Shown here: in pieces, positions 9,055 through 17,710 of the stretch | How the letters are laid out: each line of letters begins with the position of its first letter | How positions within the stretch are numbered: position 1 is the stretch's first letter | Source: an uncultured Chloroflexia bacterium | Lineage (GTDB): Bacteria > Chloroflexota > Limnocylindria > Limnocylindrales > CSP1-4 | Direction: 5' to 3' | NCBI GenBank assembly: GCA_963707395.1 | Contig: CAVPPQ010000020.1 | Coordinates: 70,021-134,020 of the forward strand | Length of the DNA stretch: 64,000 nt | Position numbers and translations under genes: made by a program | Notes under the pieces: generated by a model | What the model saw: only the letters and a program-made list of their open reading frames with translations | What the model was told of the DNA's origin: nothing | Database searches by the model: none

Positions 9055-9827
9055 GGCTCGCCCGCGGCCGGGTGAGCAGCCGTGCCCGCGTCGGCTCGCC
9101 GACGTTCCTGCTCGTCAAGCGTCACCTGGAGCCGGTCGGCAGCGCCTTCCATGTGGCCCACCATGGCCCGCCGCGCCGCGGCTGCATCGCCAGCCTCGAT
9201 GGCCTCGAAGACAGCTTCGTGCTCGGCCCACGTGGCCGGCCGAGTCCCCGGCGCATAGGCCACGCGCTGGATCCAGACCTGCATGAGACTGCGAATGGAC
9301 TTCATGATCTGGAAGAGGGACTGATTGCCCGTCGACCGTGCGATCCCCAGGTGGAAGTCCACGTCGGCGCGGACGAACTCGTCGTTGTCCGTCGTCCGCT
9401 GCATGATCTCCACGCAGCGCCGCAGCTCCGTCAGGGCGGCTTCGTCACGGCGCTCCGCAGCCAGTCCGGCCAGCAGGATCTCCAGCTCCGCGCGCGCCTC
9501 CACGAGGTCCTGGGAACGCTTGGCCCCCAGCAGGAGCCCCCACTCGATGGCCAGCGGCAGCAGCGGGGAGTCCGTGCGCTTGAGGTACGTGCCGTCACCC
9601 TGGCGGGCGTCCACGAGGCCCAGCACGGTCAGCGACTTGATGGCCTGGCGGACGTGGGAGCGGCCGACGCCGAGCGTCTCCGCCAGCTGCCGCTCGGATG
9701 GCAGCCGCTCACCTGGCTTGACCTGCCCGGAGATGAGGTAGTCGAGCAGCCGACGGGTGACCTCCGAGGAGATGGGTTCCGGGTTCCGTTGGACGACGGG
9801 CCCCAGGTCGGGCAGCATGGTGGCCAT
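9051..9827 (-). CDS. GntR-family transcriptional regulator, FadR subfamily (tandem paralog)
   Basis: The HTH reads RLPSERQLAETLGVGRSHVRQAI. I placed the start at MATMLPDL (9827), which gives the same spacing to the HTH as in the neighbouring paralog. Its stop overlaps the downstream GntR start. Confidence 0.8.
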   Translation of the reverse strand: MATMLPDLGPVVQRNPEPISSEVTRRLLDYLISGQVKPGERLPSERQLAETLGVGRSHVRQAIKSLTVLGLVDARQGDGTYLKRTDSPLLPLAIEWGLLLGAKRSQDLVEARAELEILLAGLAAERRDEAALTELRRCVEIMQRTTDNDEFVRADVDFHLGIARSTGNQSLFQIMKSIRSLMQVWIQRVAYAPGTRPATWAEHEAVFEAIEAGDAAAARRAMVGHMEGAADRLQVTLDEQERRRADAGTAAHPAAGEP

Positions 9828-9944
9828 TGTAAGTGCCTCGATCGGCTGCCTCGAACGGCCCCCTGGGCGACGGACGGCCACGGCCGGGCTGTCATCGGGC
9901 GGACGGACGCGGGTCACCATGTCAGCCCTCCCCCTCCCTGATGC

Positions 9945-12329
9945 TCAACGACCGGAAACGGCCTCTACCACCGCGCGGATGCGAGCCACGCGGTCGGCAC
10001 GCTCGCGGACGAAGCGCTCGATGCCGGCCAGGATCTGCTCGCGACCGAGGCCGGCCTCGTCCATGACCTCGTCGACGCTGCCGCCGGTGCGCCAGCGGTC
10101 GTCGCGGTCGGCGCACAGGGTGTAGTCCTCGGCCACCGGGCCCAGGATCCAGTCGGACATGAGGCGCCGGGCACCGTTCGTGACGGCCATGGCGTCCCAG
10201 CGGTCGGCAGCCGACATGGTGGCCTCCCGGTAGGCGGCGTCCTGGCGGCGGAAGAGCTGCGGGCTGATGGCGGCCACGATCTTGACGTTGAGCCCCGCCC
10301 GGTCCAGCTCGGGCAGGATGGCAACGACATTGGCCGTGGGCACCGTGCCGCGCACGAAGACCGTGCCCATGCGCGGCTGCCCGTCGCGGAAGGGGCGCAT
10401 GACGTAGGCGCCGCGCGCGGCCTCGAAGTGCGATGGCATGCCGAGGGCTTCGCGGTCGGGGATGGCCACCGGCGGGCGCGTCAGGTGGAGAGCCACGATG
10501 GGCGCGTCCGTGGCCAGCGCAGCGCCCAGGACCACGGGCACCTCGTTGTGCTCCCAGGGATGAAGGTCGATGACCGCGCCTTCCGGGAAGAGCTGCGTGA
10601 CGCCGGTCTCGAAGATGCCGAAGTGCGTCCGCGAGTCCTCCGCGGTCTCCGGTCCGGAGTGGCCGGCGATCCAGATGATCTTGCCCAGCTTGAGCTCGCT
10701 GTCCTGGGCCATCTGGGAGAAGAGGCGCAGCGGCCCGTACTTCAGGTAGGAGAAGGAGGCGTACGTGGAGCAGGCGCCCCAGAACCCGTCGAAGGCTTCG
10801 CGCGCATCCGGGGCGAAGCTGACCGAGGCCATGCCGGCCAGGATGCCGGCGTTGGCCATCTCCGTGATCTCCTGGGGCAGGACCGACCCGCGCGGGTTGG
10901 CGTCACGCTCGTACCAACCCCAGCCGGGCAGCTCGCCGAAGTCCTTCGCGAAGCCGGCCACGTTGGTGGATTCGGCGAGGTCCGCGGAGCAGGCGATGAT
11001 CAGCGGGCGGCCGTGGCGCTGGCGCGCATAGGCGTTGACCCAGCTGCCCCAGGTGCCCAGCGCGGCGCGGTTCGGTTGCATGTCCCCCGGCGCCTTGTAG
11101 AGCTCCGCGGGGTAGGAGCGGAAGTCCGTGATGACCGGGTCGTTGAAGATGGCGGCCGTGTCGCCACCCAAGGTGCAGCCGGGGATGGCGTCCGGAACGG
11201 AGGCAGCCAGGTCCGCGAGGCGGTCGGACAGCCAGCGCACCGTGGCCTCGTCCCGGGTGAGCACGGAGAGCGCCAGCTGCAGGTTGGCAGCCGCCTGCGC
11301 CTGACGCGCCGCCGGATCCTCGGGTGCGGTCTGGCCGGCACCCTCGTAGGTCACGCCGTAGCGGGCCTGGAAGCCCTCGCGAGCGGTCCAGAAGGCCGGG
11401 CTGTTCAGGGCATGCGGGATGCCGTGGGAGGCGGCGTCCTGCTTGCCGTAGCCGCGACCCTTCTGCGTGCGGAACCAGGCCATGGTGGGCAGGCTCGCCG
11501 GGTTGTCACCCCGCGCTGCCTCCAGGGCCGTGCGCAGGACCGGCTCCCAGGCCATGCCCTCCGGCGTGCCCAGCGTGCGCCAGCCGTGCGAGGCGAACCA
11601 GTCCTGTGGCGTGCCGTAGATGACGGAGGATGCGGCTCGCGGGTCGATGCCGAAGTCGTTCCAGTCGACGAGGAAGACGAGGTTGCCGAGGCCCAGACCC
11701 CAGGCGGAGTTGAGCGTCTCGTGCGTGACGCCCGGGGTGAGGCCGCCCTCCCCTTCCACGACGAAGACCTTGACCTCCGGGCAACCGGCCATCTTGAGTG
11801 CCAGCGCTTCCCCGGCGGCGACGGGCATGCCGTGGCCGGACGGGCCCGTGTTGGCCTTGAAGAGCAGGGTCTTGCCGGCCATCTCGGCGTGCCCGGGCAG
11901 GCCACCGCGGTGGCGGAAGGTGAGCAGGTCCTCCCAGGTGAGCGCCCAGCGACCTTCGTCCGGGAAGGCGAAGCGCTCGTCGCCGTCGAGCGCGTGGCGG
12001 GCACGCATGCCCTCGTTCAGGGTGGCGAGGACGGCATAGATGAGCGGCACCGTGTGGCCGGCCGAGAGGACGAAGCGGTCGGAGAAGGTGCGCCAGGGCC
12101 GCAGCACGTCCCAGCGCATGGCGCCGCAGAGCAAGGTACCCAGGACGAAGTGGACCTTGGAACGTGATCCTCCGGGGTGGCCCGACTGGCGCTCGTTGAG
12201 GGTCAGGTCGATGAGCTCGTCGACGACGTCCTTGACGATCTCGTACCGTGCCATCTCGCTGTCATCGACCGGGAATGACCCGAGCGGCAGCGTGCGTCCC
12301 GACGCATCCATGCCTGATCCTCCATCCAC
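9945..12329 (-). CDS. Transketolase-family TPP-dependent enzyme, unusually long (794 aa), fused N- and C-modules with a C-terminal extension
   Basis: It has a GHPGGSRSK TPP motif, a GDGE-type motif (VVEGEGGL), and pyrimidine-binding and C-terminal regions. It runs about 100 aa longer than canonical transketolase. Confidence 0.8.
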   Translation of the reverse strand: MDGGSGMDASGRTLPLGSFPVDDSEMARYEIVKDVVDELIDLTLNERQSGHPGGSRSKVHFVLGTLLCGAMRWDVLRPWRTFSDRFVLSAGHTVPLIYAVLATLNEGMRARHALDGDERFAFPDEGRWALTWEDLLTFRHRGGLPGHAEMAGKTLLFKANTGPSGHGMPVAAGEALALKMAGCPEVKVFVVEGEGGLTPGVTHETLNSAWGLGLGNLVFLVDWNDFGIDPRAASSVIYGTPQDWFASHGWRTLGTPEGMAWEPVLRTALEAARGDNPASLPTMAWFRTQKGRGYGKQDAASHGIPHALNSPAFWTAREGFQARYGVTYEGAGQTAPEDPAARQAQAAANLQLALSVLTRDEATVRWLSDRLADLAASVPDAIPGCTLGGDTAAIFNDPVITDFRSYPAELYKAPGDMQPNRAALGTWGSWVNAYARQRHGRPLIIACSADLAESTNVAGFAKDFGELPGWGWYERDANPRGSVLPQEITEMANAGILAGMASVSFAPDAREAFDGFWGACSTYASFSYLKYGPLRLFSQMAQDSELKLGKIIWIAGHSGPETAEDSRTHFGIFETGVTQLFPEGAVIDLHPWEHNEVPVVLGAALATDAPIVALHLTRPPVAIPDREALGMPSHFEAARGAYVMRPFRDGQPRMGTVFVRGTVPTANVVAILPELDRAGLNVKIVAAISPQLFRRQDAAYREATMSAADRWDAMAVTNGARRLMSDWILGPVAEDYTLCADRDDRWRTGGSVDEVMDEAGLGREQILAGIERFVRERADRVARIRAVVEAVSGR

Positions 12330-12461
12330 CCAGGCCGGCCCGAACTGCCGCCGGGGCTGGCGGCACGCGATGGCATCTGGCCTGAGGAGGGTCAGTCTAC
12401 TCCGATGGTTGACCGGTCATCCACTGACCGCGACGGGGCCCGTGCCAGGCTGGCGGCCCTG

Positions 12462-13436
12462 TCAGTCCCCAGGGGCCAGGAGCTCCCGGCTCATCGCGAC
12501 GACATCGTCCGAGGAGACCTTGTAGCGCCACAGCAGGTCGTTGACGTGACCCGTGTGGATGAAGTCGTCGGGATCGGTGCCGATGGCGCCGACCCGCTTG
12601 CCCACCCCGCGTGCCACGAGCGTCTCAGCCACCAGCGAGTGAAGGCCGCCGCTCGTGCAGTGGTTCTCCAGGGTGATCATCGTCTCCACCTTGCCGGCCA
12701 GGTCGTAGACGAGATCGCGGTCGAAAGGCTTGAGGCTGGGATGGTGGTCCACCCGGACCCCGATGCCCAGGGCCTTGAGCTTGTCCGCCGCGGCGAGGGC
12801 CGTGTGCAGCATGAAGCCGGTGGTCATGAGGCCCACGTCCGAGCCCTCGTCGGAGACCGTCACGCCCTTGCCGACCTGGAAGCGGTAGTCCGAGCCGATG
12901 AGGTCGTCTGCCACCTCGCAGCGCACGATGCGCAGGTAGACCGGGCCCGGCGTCTCCACGGCGGCGCGCATGACCTGGCGCATCTCCGCGTTGCATGACG
13001 GCTCCAGCACGGTCAGCCGTGGCACGCGCAGCAGCGTGCCCAGCTCCTTGTCGCTCTGGTGCGTGGCCCCGGCCTTGCCCGTGAAGAGGCCCACGTAGGC
13101 GCCGATGAACTTCACGTTCAGGTTGCTGTAGGCGACCGTGACGTAGAGCTGGTCGAGCATGCGGCGACTGAAGGCGTCGAAGGTGCAGGGGAAGGGGATG
13201 AAGCCTTCCTGCGACAGTCCGGCCGCCATGCTCACGAGGTTCTGCTCGGCGATGCCGGACTTGACCAGCTTGCCCGGGTGGAAGTGCTCGAAGATGTGGA
13301 GGCCGGTGGATGAGCGCAGGTCGGCGTCGAGAGCCACGATCCTGGGGAACTCGACGGCGAGATCCGCCAGCGTGAAGCCCATCTGGTAGCGCATCTCCGT
13401 GGTGACGTTCCGGTCAGGCAGCGTGAATTGAGCCAT
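12462..13436 (-). CDS. Transketolase C-terminal (pyrimidine-binding) subunit, split transketolase pair 1
   Basis: It has a TK C-subunit core (GIAEQNLVSMAAGLS...FPCTFDAF) and a TK C-terminal domain. Length is 324 aa. Confidence 0.85.
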   Translation of the reverse strand: MAQFTLPDRNVTTEMRYQMGFTLADLAVEFPRIVALDADLRSSTGLHIFEHFHPGKLVKSGIAEQNLVSMAAGLSQEGFIPFPCTFDAFSRRMLDQLYVTVAYSNLNVKFIGAYVGLFTGKAGATHQSDKELGTLLRVPRLTVLEPSCNAEMRQVMRAAVETPGPVYLRIVRCEVADDLIGSDYRFQVGKGVTVSDEGSDVGLMTTGFMLHTALAAADKLKALGIGVRVDHHPSLKPFDRDLVYDLAGKVETMITLENHCTSGGLHSLVAETLVARGVGKRVGAIGTDPDDFIHTGHVNDLLWRYKVSSDDVVAMSRELLAPGD

Positions 13437-13448
13437 CGTCGCGGTCTC

Positions 13449-14537
13449 CTACATCTGCCGATCGGTGATGACGTCCACGGCCTCGTGCAGCGGCGGGACG
13501 ATCTCGGTCATGGCCTTGACGGCCTCGGGGAACGCGCGCGGGATGCCCAGGCGCTTGCCGTCATGCTCCCAGAGCTCGTCGATCCAGAGGCCGGCGGCCT
13601 CCGCGTTGCGAGGGGCGGATGTGTGCCAGTTGACGTTGTACTGGGCCTGGTCGACCTTCTTGCCCTTGACGGTATTGAGGATCACGGCCGCCGGCTTGCC
13701 GCGCCGCTGGGTGCCGATGACGTTGAAGAGGTCCACCAGCTCGGCCACGTCATGGCCGTTCTGGACGTCGTACACGGACAGGTTGAAGGCGCGCAGCTTG
13801 TCGGCCAGCGGCTCCAGGCTCATGTCCTGGGCCAGGAAGCCCTTGGCGAAGACCTTGTTGTAGTCGATGACGAAGACGATGTTGTCCAGCTTGTAGTGCC
13901 CGGCAGCCATGAAGGCCTCCCAGACGGAGCCCTCATTGCACTCGCCATCGCCCATGAGCACATAGATCATGCGGTCGCCGTGGTCCGGTCCACCGAAGCG
14001 CATGCCCAGCGAGCGGCCCACGGCCACGCCGGGGATCTGTCCCAGCGAGCCGCCACTGACCTCGATGCCCGGGGTCTCGGTGGAGTCGGGGTGCGATTCC
14101 AGGCCGGAGCCCCACATGCCGTAGTACTTGAGGCGCTCCACCTCGAAGTAGTCGAAGAGGGCCATGACCGTGTACACCGCGGGGCAGGCGTGGCCCTTGG
14201 AGAGGTAGAAGACGTCCCGCATGGCCCAGCCCGGGTCAGATGCGTCGAAGCGCAGGACGTAGTTGAAGAGGACAGCCAGGAACTCCGACTCCGAGAAGCT
14301 GCCGCCCGGATGCCCCAGGCCGGCACACGTCATCTGCCACGTCGTGTAGGTGCGGATGAGGTAGGCCAGCGTCTCGGTGTTGCGGAGCAGGTCCGCGTGA
14401 CCCGGATGGAAGGGCAGGCTGTCGACGCGCGTGCGCGTGTCCGCCCGCCACGGCGTCCACAGCTGGCCCACGTCCAGCGGATCGAACTGCCCGGGTGGGA
14501 TGGCGATACGTGCGGGGAGCGGCGGCATCTGGGTCAT
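13449..14537 (-). CDS. Transketolase N-terminal (TPP-binding) subunit, split pair 1, with extended termini (362 aa)
   Basis: It carries GHPGGSFS and GDGECNEGSVWEA motifs. It lies 12 bp upstream of its C-subunit partner. Confidence 0.85.
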   Translation of the reverse strand: MTQMPPLPARIAIPPGQFDPLDVGQLWTPWRADTRTRVDSLPFHPGHADLLRNTETLAYLIRTYTTWQMTCAGLGHPGGSFSESEFLAVLFNYVLRFDASDPGWAMRDVFYLSKGHACPAVYTVMALFDYFEVERLKYYGMWGSGLESHPDSTETPGIEVSGGSLGQIPGVAVGRSLGMRFGGPDHGDRMIYVLMGDGECNEGSVWEAFMAAGHYKLDNIVFVIDYNKVFAKGFLAQDMSLEPLADKLRAFNLSVYDVQNGHDVAELVDLFNVIGTQRRGKPAAVILNTVKGKKVDQAQYNVNWHTSAPRNAEAAGLWIDELWEHDGKRLGIPRAFPEAVKAMTEIVPPLHEAVDVITDRQM

Positions 14538-14579
14538 GGGTGACCTCCCGGTGCATCGAGGGTAGGTTGAGCGTCAGTG

Positions 14580-15524
14580 TCAGCGTGGCTTGAGCGCCAC
14601 GGCCCGGCGGGCCGCGGCCACGATGTCGGCGACAGCGAGACCGAGCAGTGCCAGCAGCTCGTCGTACGGTCCCGTCGTGCCGAAGCGATCAGCGATGCCG
14701 ACGCGCTCCACGGGCACGGGTCGCACCGCGGCCAGGGCCTCGACGACCGCGCCGCCCAGGCCGCCGACGATGCTGTGCTCCTCCGCGGTCACCAGGGCGC
14801 CGGTCTCCCGCGCGGCCGTGATGATCGTGTCGCTGTCGAGGGGCTTGACGGTGTGCACCTCGATGACGCGCGCGTCGATGCCCTCGGCGGCCAGGGCCTC
14901 CGCGGCCTCCAGGCAGCGGCTGACCATGAGCCCCGTGCCGACTAGGGTCACGTCGCCCCCGGGCCGCAGGACGAGGGCCTTGCCGATCTGCGGGGCGTAG
15001 TCGTCCCCGTGGATGAGCGGCACCTCGTTGCGATTGAGACGCATGTAGACGGGACCCGGCCAGGCCGCCACCTGGGGAAGCAGCTTCGCCACGGCCGTCG
15101 TGTCCGTGGGCACCACGATGGTCATGCCCGGCAGTGAGCGCAAGATGGCGATGTCGGTGATGGCGTGGTGCGTGGGGCCGTCGAAGGAGTCGGACACGCC
15201 GCCGTAGGCGCCCATGAGCTTGACGGGCACGCCGCCGTAGCAGAGGTGGGTGCGCACCATCTCCAGGGCGCGGGTGGCGAAGAGGAAGGCGAACGTGTTG
15301 GCGATGGCGACCTTCCCGGTCAGGGCCACGCCGACGGCCACGTCCACGAGCGACTGCTCGGCGATGCCGACGTTGATGAAGCGCTCCGGGAAGGCCTCCG
15401 CGAAGCGGAACGAGAAGTCCGAGTTGGAGACGTCGGCCGAGAGGACGACCACGTCGTCGCGGTCACGACCGAGCTGCACGAGCGCGTCGCCGTAGGCCGG
15501 GCGCATGGGAGCCAGCGTGGTCAT
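14580..15524 (-). CDS. Transketolase C-terminal subunit, split pair 2
   Basis: It has GIAEQSLVDVAVGVAL and a TK C-terminal domain. Length is 314 aa. Its start overlaps the upstream N-subunit stop. Confidence 0.85.
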   Translation of the reverse strand: MTTLAPMRPAYGDALVQLGRDRDDVVVLSADVSNSDFSFRFAEAFPERFINVGIAEQSLVDVAVGVALTGKVAIANTFAFLFATRALEMVRTHLCYGGVPVKLMGAYGGVSDSFDGPTHHAITDIAILRSLPGMTIVVPTDTTAVAKLLPQVAAWPGPVYMRLNRNEVPLIHGDDYAPQIGKALVLRPGGDVTLVGTGLMVSRCLEAAEALAAEGIDARVIEVHTVKPLDSDTIITAARETGALVTAEEHSIVGGLGGAVVEALAAVRPVPVERVGIADRFGTTGPYDELLALLGLAVADIVAAARRAVALKPR

Positions 15525-16423
15525 GCCTCGGTCTCCTCTCCGAGCTCGGCCAGGGAGGCGCGCAGCTCACGCATGGCCTGCTCGTACTGCTCTGGCGTGG
15601 GCACCATGCCGCCGTGCCAGCGGTGGTCGTACTCCATGTAGCTCACGCCCCGACCCTTGGTCGTGCGGGCGATGATGACCGAGGGCCGAGCATGGACCTC
15701 GTCGGCGCGATCGAGGGCGTCGAGCACCTCGCGCACGTTGTGGCCGTGGACCTCCTGGACATGCCAGCCGAAGGCGCTCCACTTCTCCGCGAGGGGCTCG
15801 CTGGGCATGACGTCCGCGGTGGCACCGGTCTGCTGGATGCCGTTGGCATCCACGATGGCGGTCAGGTTGCCGAGGCGGTACTTGGCCGCGAACATGGCGC
15901 CTTCCCAGACGACGCCGGCATCCAGCTCGCCGTCGCCCAGCAGGACGTAGACGCGGGCACGGGCGGCCATGGCCGAGGGGGCGCTGGCGGCCGACGGCTT
16001 GGGCACGCCCCGTGTGAGCGACCAGGCCATGCCCGCTCCGACAGCCACGCCGTGGCCAAGAGGCCCGGCGACCATCTCCACGCCAGGCAGCTTGAGGTCC
16101 GGGTGACCCTCCAGGCGCGTCGGGAAGTTGCGGAAGGTGGACAGCTCCTCGGTGGGGTAGAAGCCGCGGCGGGCGAGGACCGCGTAGAGGATGGGGGCGG
16201 CGTGGCCCTTCGAGAGCAGGAAGCGGTCGCGCTCCGGCCAGTCCGGCCGCGAGGGGTCGATGCGCAGGTGGTGGAAGTAGAGCGCGGACAGGATCTCCGC
16301 CGCGCTGTAGGGGCCGCCGAGGTGGCCGGTCCCGGTCCGGGTGACCATGTCCAGGACGTCTATCCGCAGGTGCTGGGCCTTGCGGGCCAGGTCGAGCGCG
16401 AGTGCGTCGGTGTGCTGGTGCAT
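15521..16423 (-). CDS. Transketolase N-terminal subunit, split pair 2
   Basis: It has GHLGGPYS, GDGELDAGVVWE and an ILYAVLARRG region. Length is 300 aa. Confidence 0.85.
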   Translation of the reverse strand: MHQHTDALALDLARKAQHLRIDVLDMVTRTGTGHLGGPYSAAEILSALYFHHLRIDPSRPDWPERDRFLLSKGHAAPILYAVLARRGFYPTEELSTFRNFPTRLEGHPDLKLPGVEMVAGPLGHGVAVGAGMAWSLTRGVPKPSAASAPSAMAARARVYVLLGDGELDAGVVWEGAMFAAKYRLGNLTAIVDANGIQQTGATADVMPSEPLAEKWSAFGWHVQEVHGHNVREVLDALDRADEVHARPSVIIARTTKGRGVSYMEYDHRWHGGMVPTPEQYEQAMRELRASLAELGEETEA

Positions 16424-16443
16424 CTCTCCCTCTTGCGTGGATC

Positions 16444-17106
16444 TCAGGTGGTCAGGACCTTGCGAATCTCCGCCAGGACCAGCTGCGGGCTGGCCAGGAC
16501 GGGGATCGCCAGGGGCTCGTTGGCGAGTGCTGCCTGGACGCGGGCCATCGTGGCCTGGGCGAGGACGATGACGTCCGCCTCCGGCGCCGCCTCGCGCAGG
16601 GCGGTCATCACCAACCGGTCGTGAAGTGCGGCGTCCCCGGCGAGGAGCGCGGGCAGCGCTCCGTCCACCATGCGCAGGCGCACATCGACCATCCGGCCGC
16701 TGCGCGCCGCCGTGGCCTCCAGGAGCTCTCGGGAGGGCTCGAGGGTCGTGGGCGCCGTGGCCACGACCGTGATGCGGCCGCCGATGCGCACGGCCTCCTC
16801 GGCCATGGGGTCGTCGATGGCGAAGAGGGGGATGGCGGACCGATCTCGGACCCGCGCCACGGCCCGCGACACCGACGAGCAGGTCACCAGCAGCGCCGCC
16901 GCGCCGATGGCTTGAGCTACGCCGACGTGATCGAGGAGGTGCGCGTCATCCTCGGGGTCGTCCTGGCCACGCTGCTTGATGCGCTCCAGCATGGGCTCGT
17001 CCAGGACGTGCAGCACGCGCACGCCGGGCAGCTCGTCCGCGCACCACGCCGCGAACGCCCCGATCAGGCCGGGGATCGTGTGGAGCAGTACGAGCGTGGG
17101 GGTCAT
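16444..17106 (-). CDS. Asp/Glu/hydantoin racemase superfamily protein
   Basis: The translation from MTPTLVLLHTIPGL to VVATAPTT reads like the arylmalonate decarboxylase / Asp-Glu racemase fold. I set the start at 17106, preceded by AAGGACAG. It lies 20 bp upstream of transketolase pair 2. Confidence 0.55.
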   Translation of the reverse strand: MTPTLVLLHTIPGLIGAFAAWCADELPGVRVLHVLDEPMLERIKQRGQDDPEDDAHLLDHVGVAQAIGAAALLVTCSSVSRAVARVRDRSAIPLFAIDDPMAEEAVRIGGRITVVATAPTTLEPSRELLEATAARSGRMVDVRLRMVDGALPALLAGDAALHDRLVMTALREAAPEADVIVLAQATMARVQAALANEPLAIPVLASPQLVLAEIRKVLTT

Positions 17107-17260
17107 CTGTCCTTTGGCTACGTGGCCGGGTCGCCGCCGCCCCGTCAGGATAATTGGTCGACCGGTCGTCCGATTGAGCATACGCCAGGTTGGTGGCCTG
17201 TGTCATCCTCTGCGCTGAGCCGGCCAGGACAGAAGGGGGGAGCCGGCAGCAAGGAGCGAC

Positions 17261-17659
17261 ATGTCGAGCATCCGCATCAGCTCCGGTCCCGTCACCGTCC
17301 TCGCGACCCTGGGTGACTCACCGACCGCCACGGCCGTGCTGGCCGCGCTGCCTGTCACCAGCCGGGCCTCCACGTGGGGCGATGAGGTCTACTTCGCGAT
17401 CCCGGTCGACGCCGATGAGGAGCCCGGATCGTCAGCTGTCGTCGAGCTCGGCGACGTGGCCTACTGGCCGCCTGGGTCGGCGCTGTGTCTCTTCTTCGGC
17501 CCGACACCTGCCTCGCGCGGCAGCGAGATCCGAGCCGCCAGCGCCGTCACCGTCGTGGGCAGGATCGATGGCGACGCAGCGGTCCTGAAGCAGGTGCGCG
17601 ACGGCACCCCGATCCGCGTCGAACTCGTCAGCCAGGAGGACCCGCAGCCATCGGTTTGA
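17261..17659 (+). CDS. Cyclophilin-like-fold small protein (DUF3830-like)
   Basis: The 132-aa ORF has GDVAYWPPGSALCLFFGPTP, which is characteristic of DUF3830 as I remember it. AAGGAGCG precedes the ATG. Confidence 0.5.
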   Translation: MSSIRISSGPVTVLATLGDSPTATAVLAALPVTSRASTWGDEVYFAIPVDADEEPGSSAVVELGDVAYWPPGSALCLFFGPTPASRGSEIRAASAVTVVGRIDGDAAVLKQVRDGTPIRVELVSQEDPQPSV

Positions 17660-17710
17660 CCGAGCTGGCAAGCGCCGGTGGGCCCGCAGCGGCTTCCGTG
17701 GGCGGCCCGC

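Noticed and set aside
10428-12167. 579-aa plus-strand ORF
   Set aside because: It is antisense to the 794-aa transketolase-like gene. Its composition is Arg/Gly/Ala-rich with no motifs. It is the typical high-GC antisense artefact.
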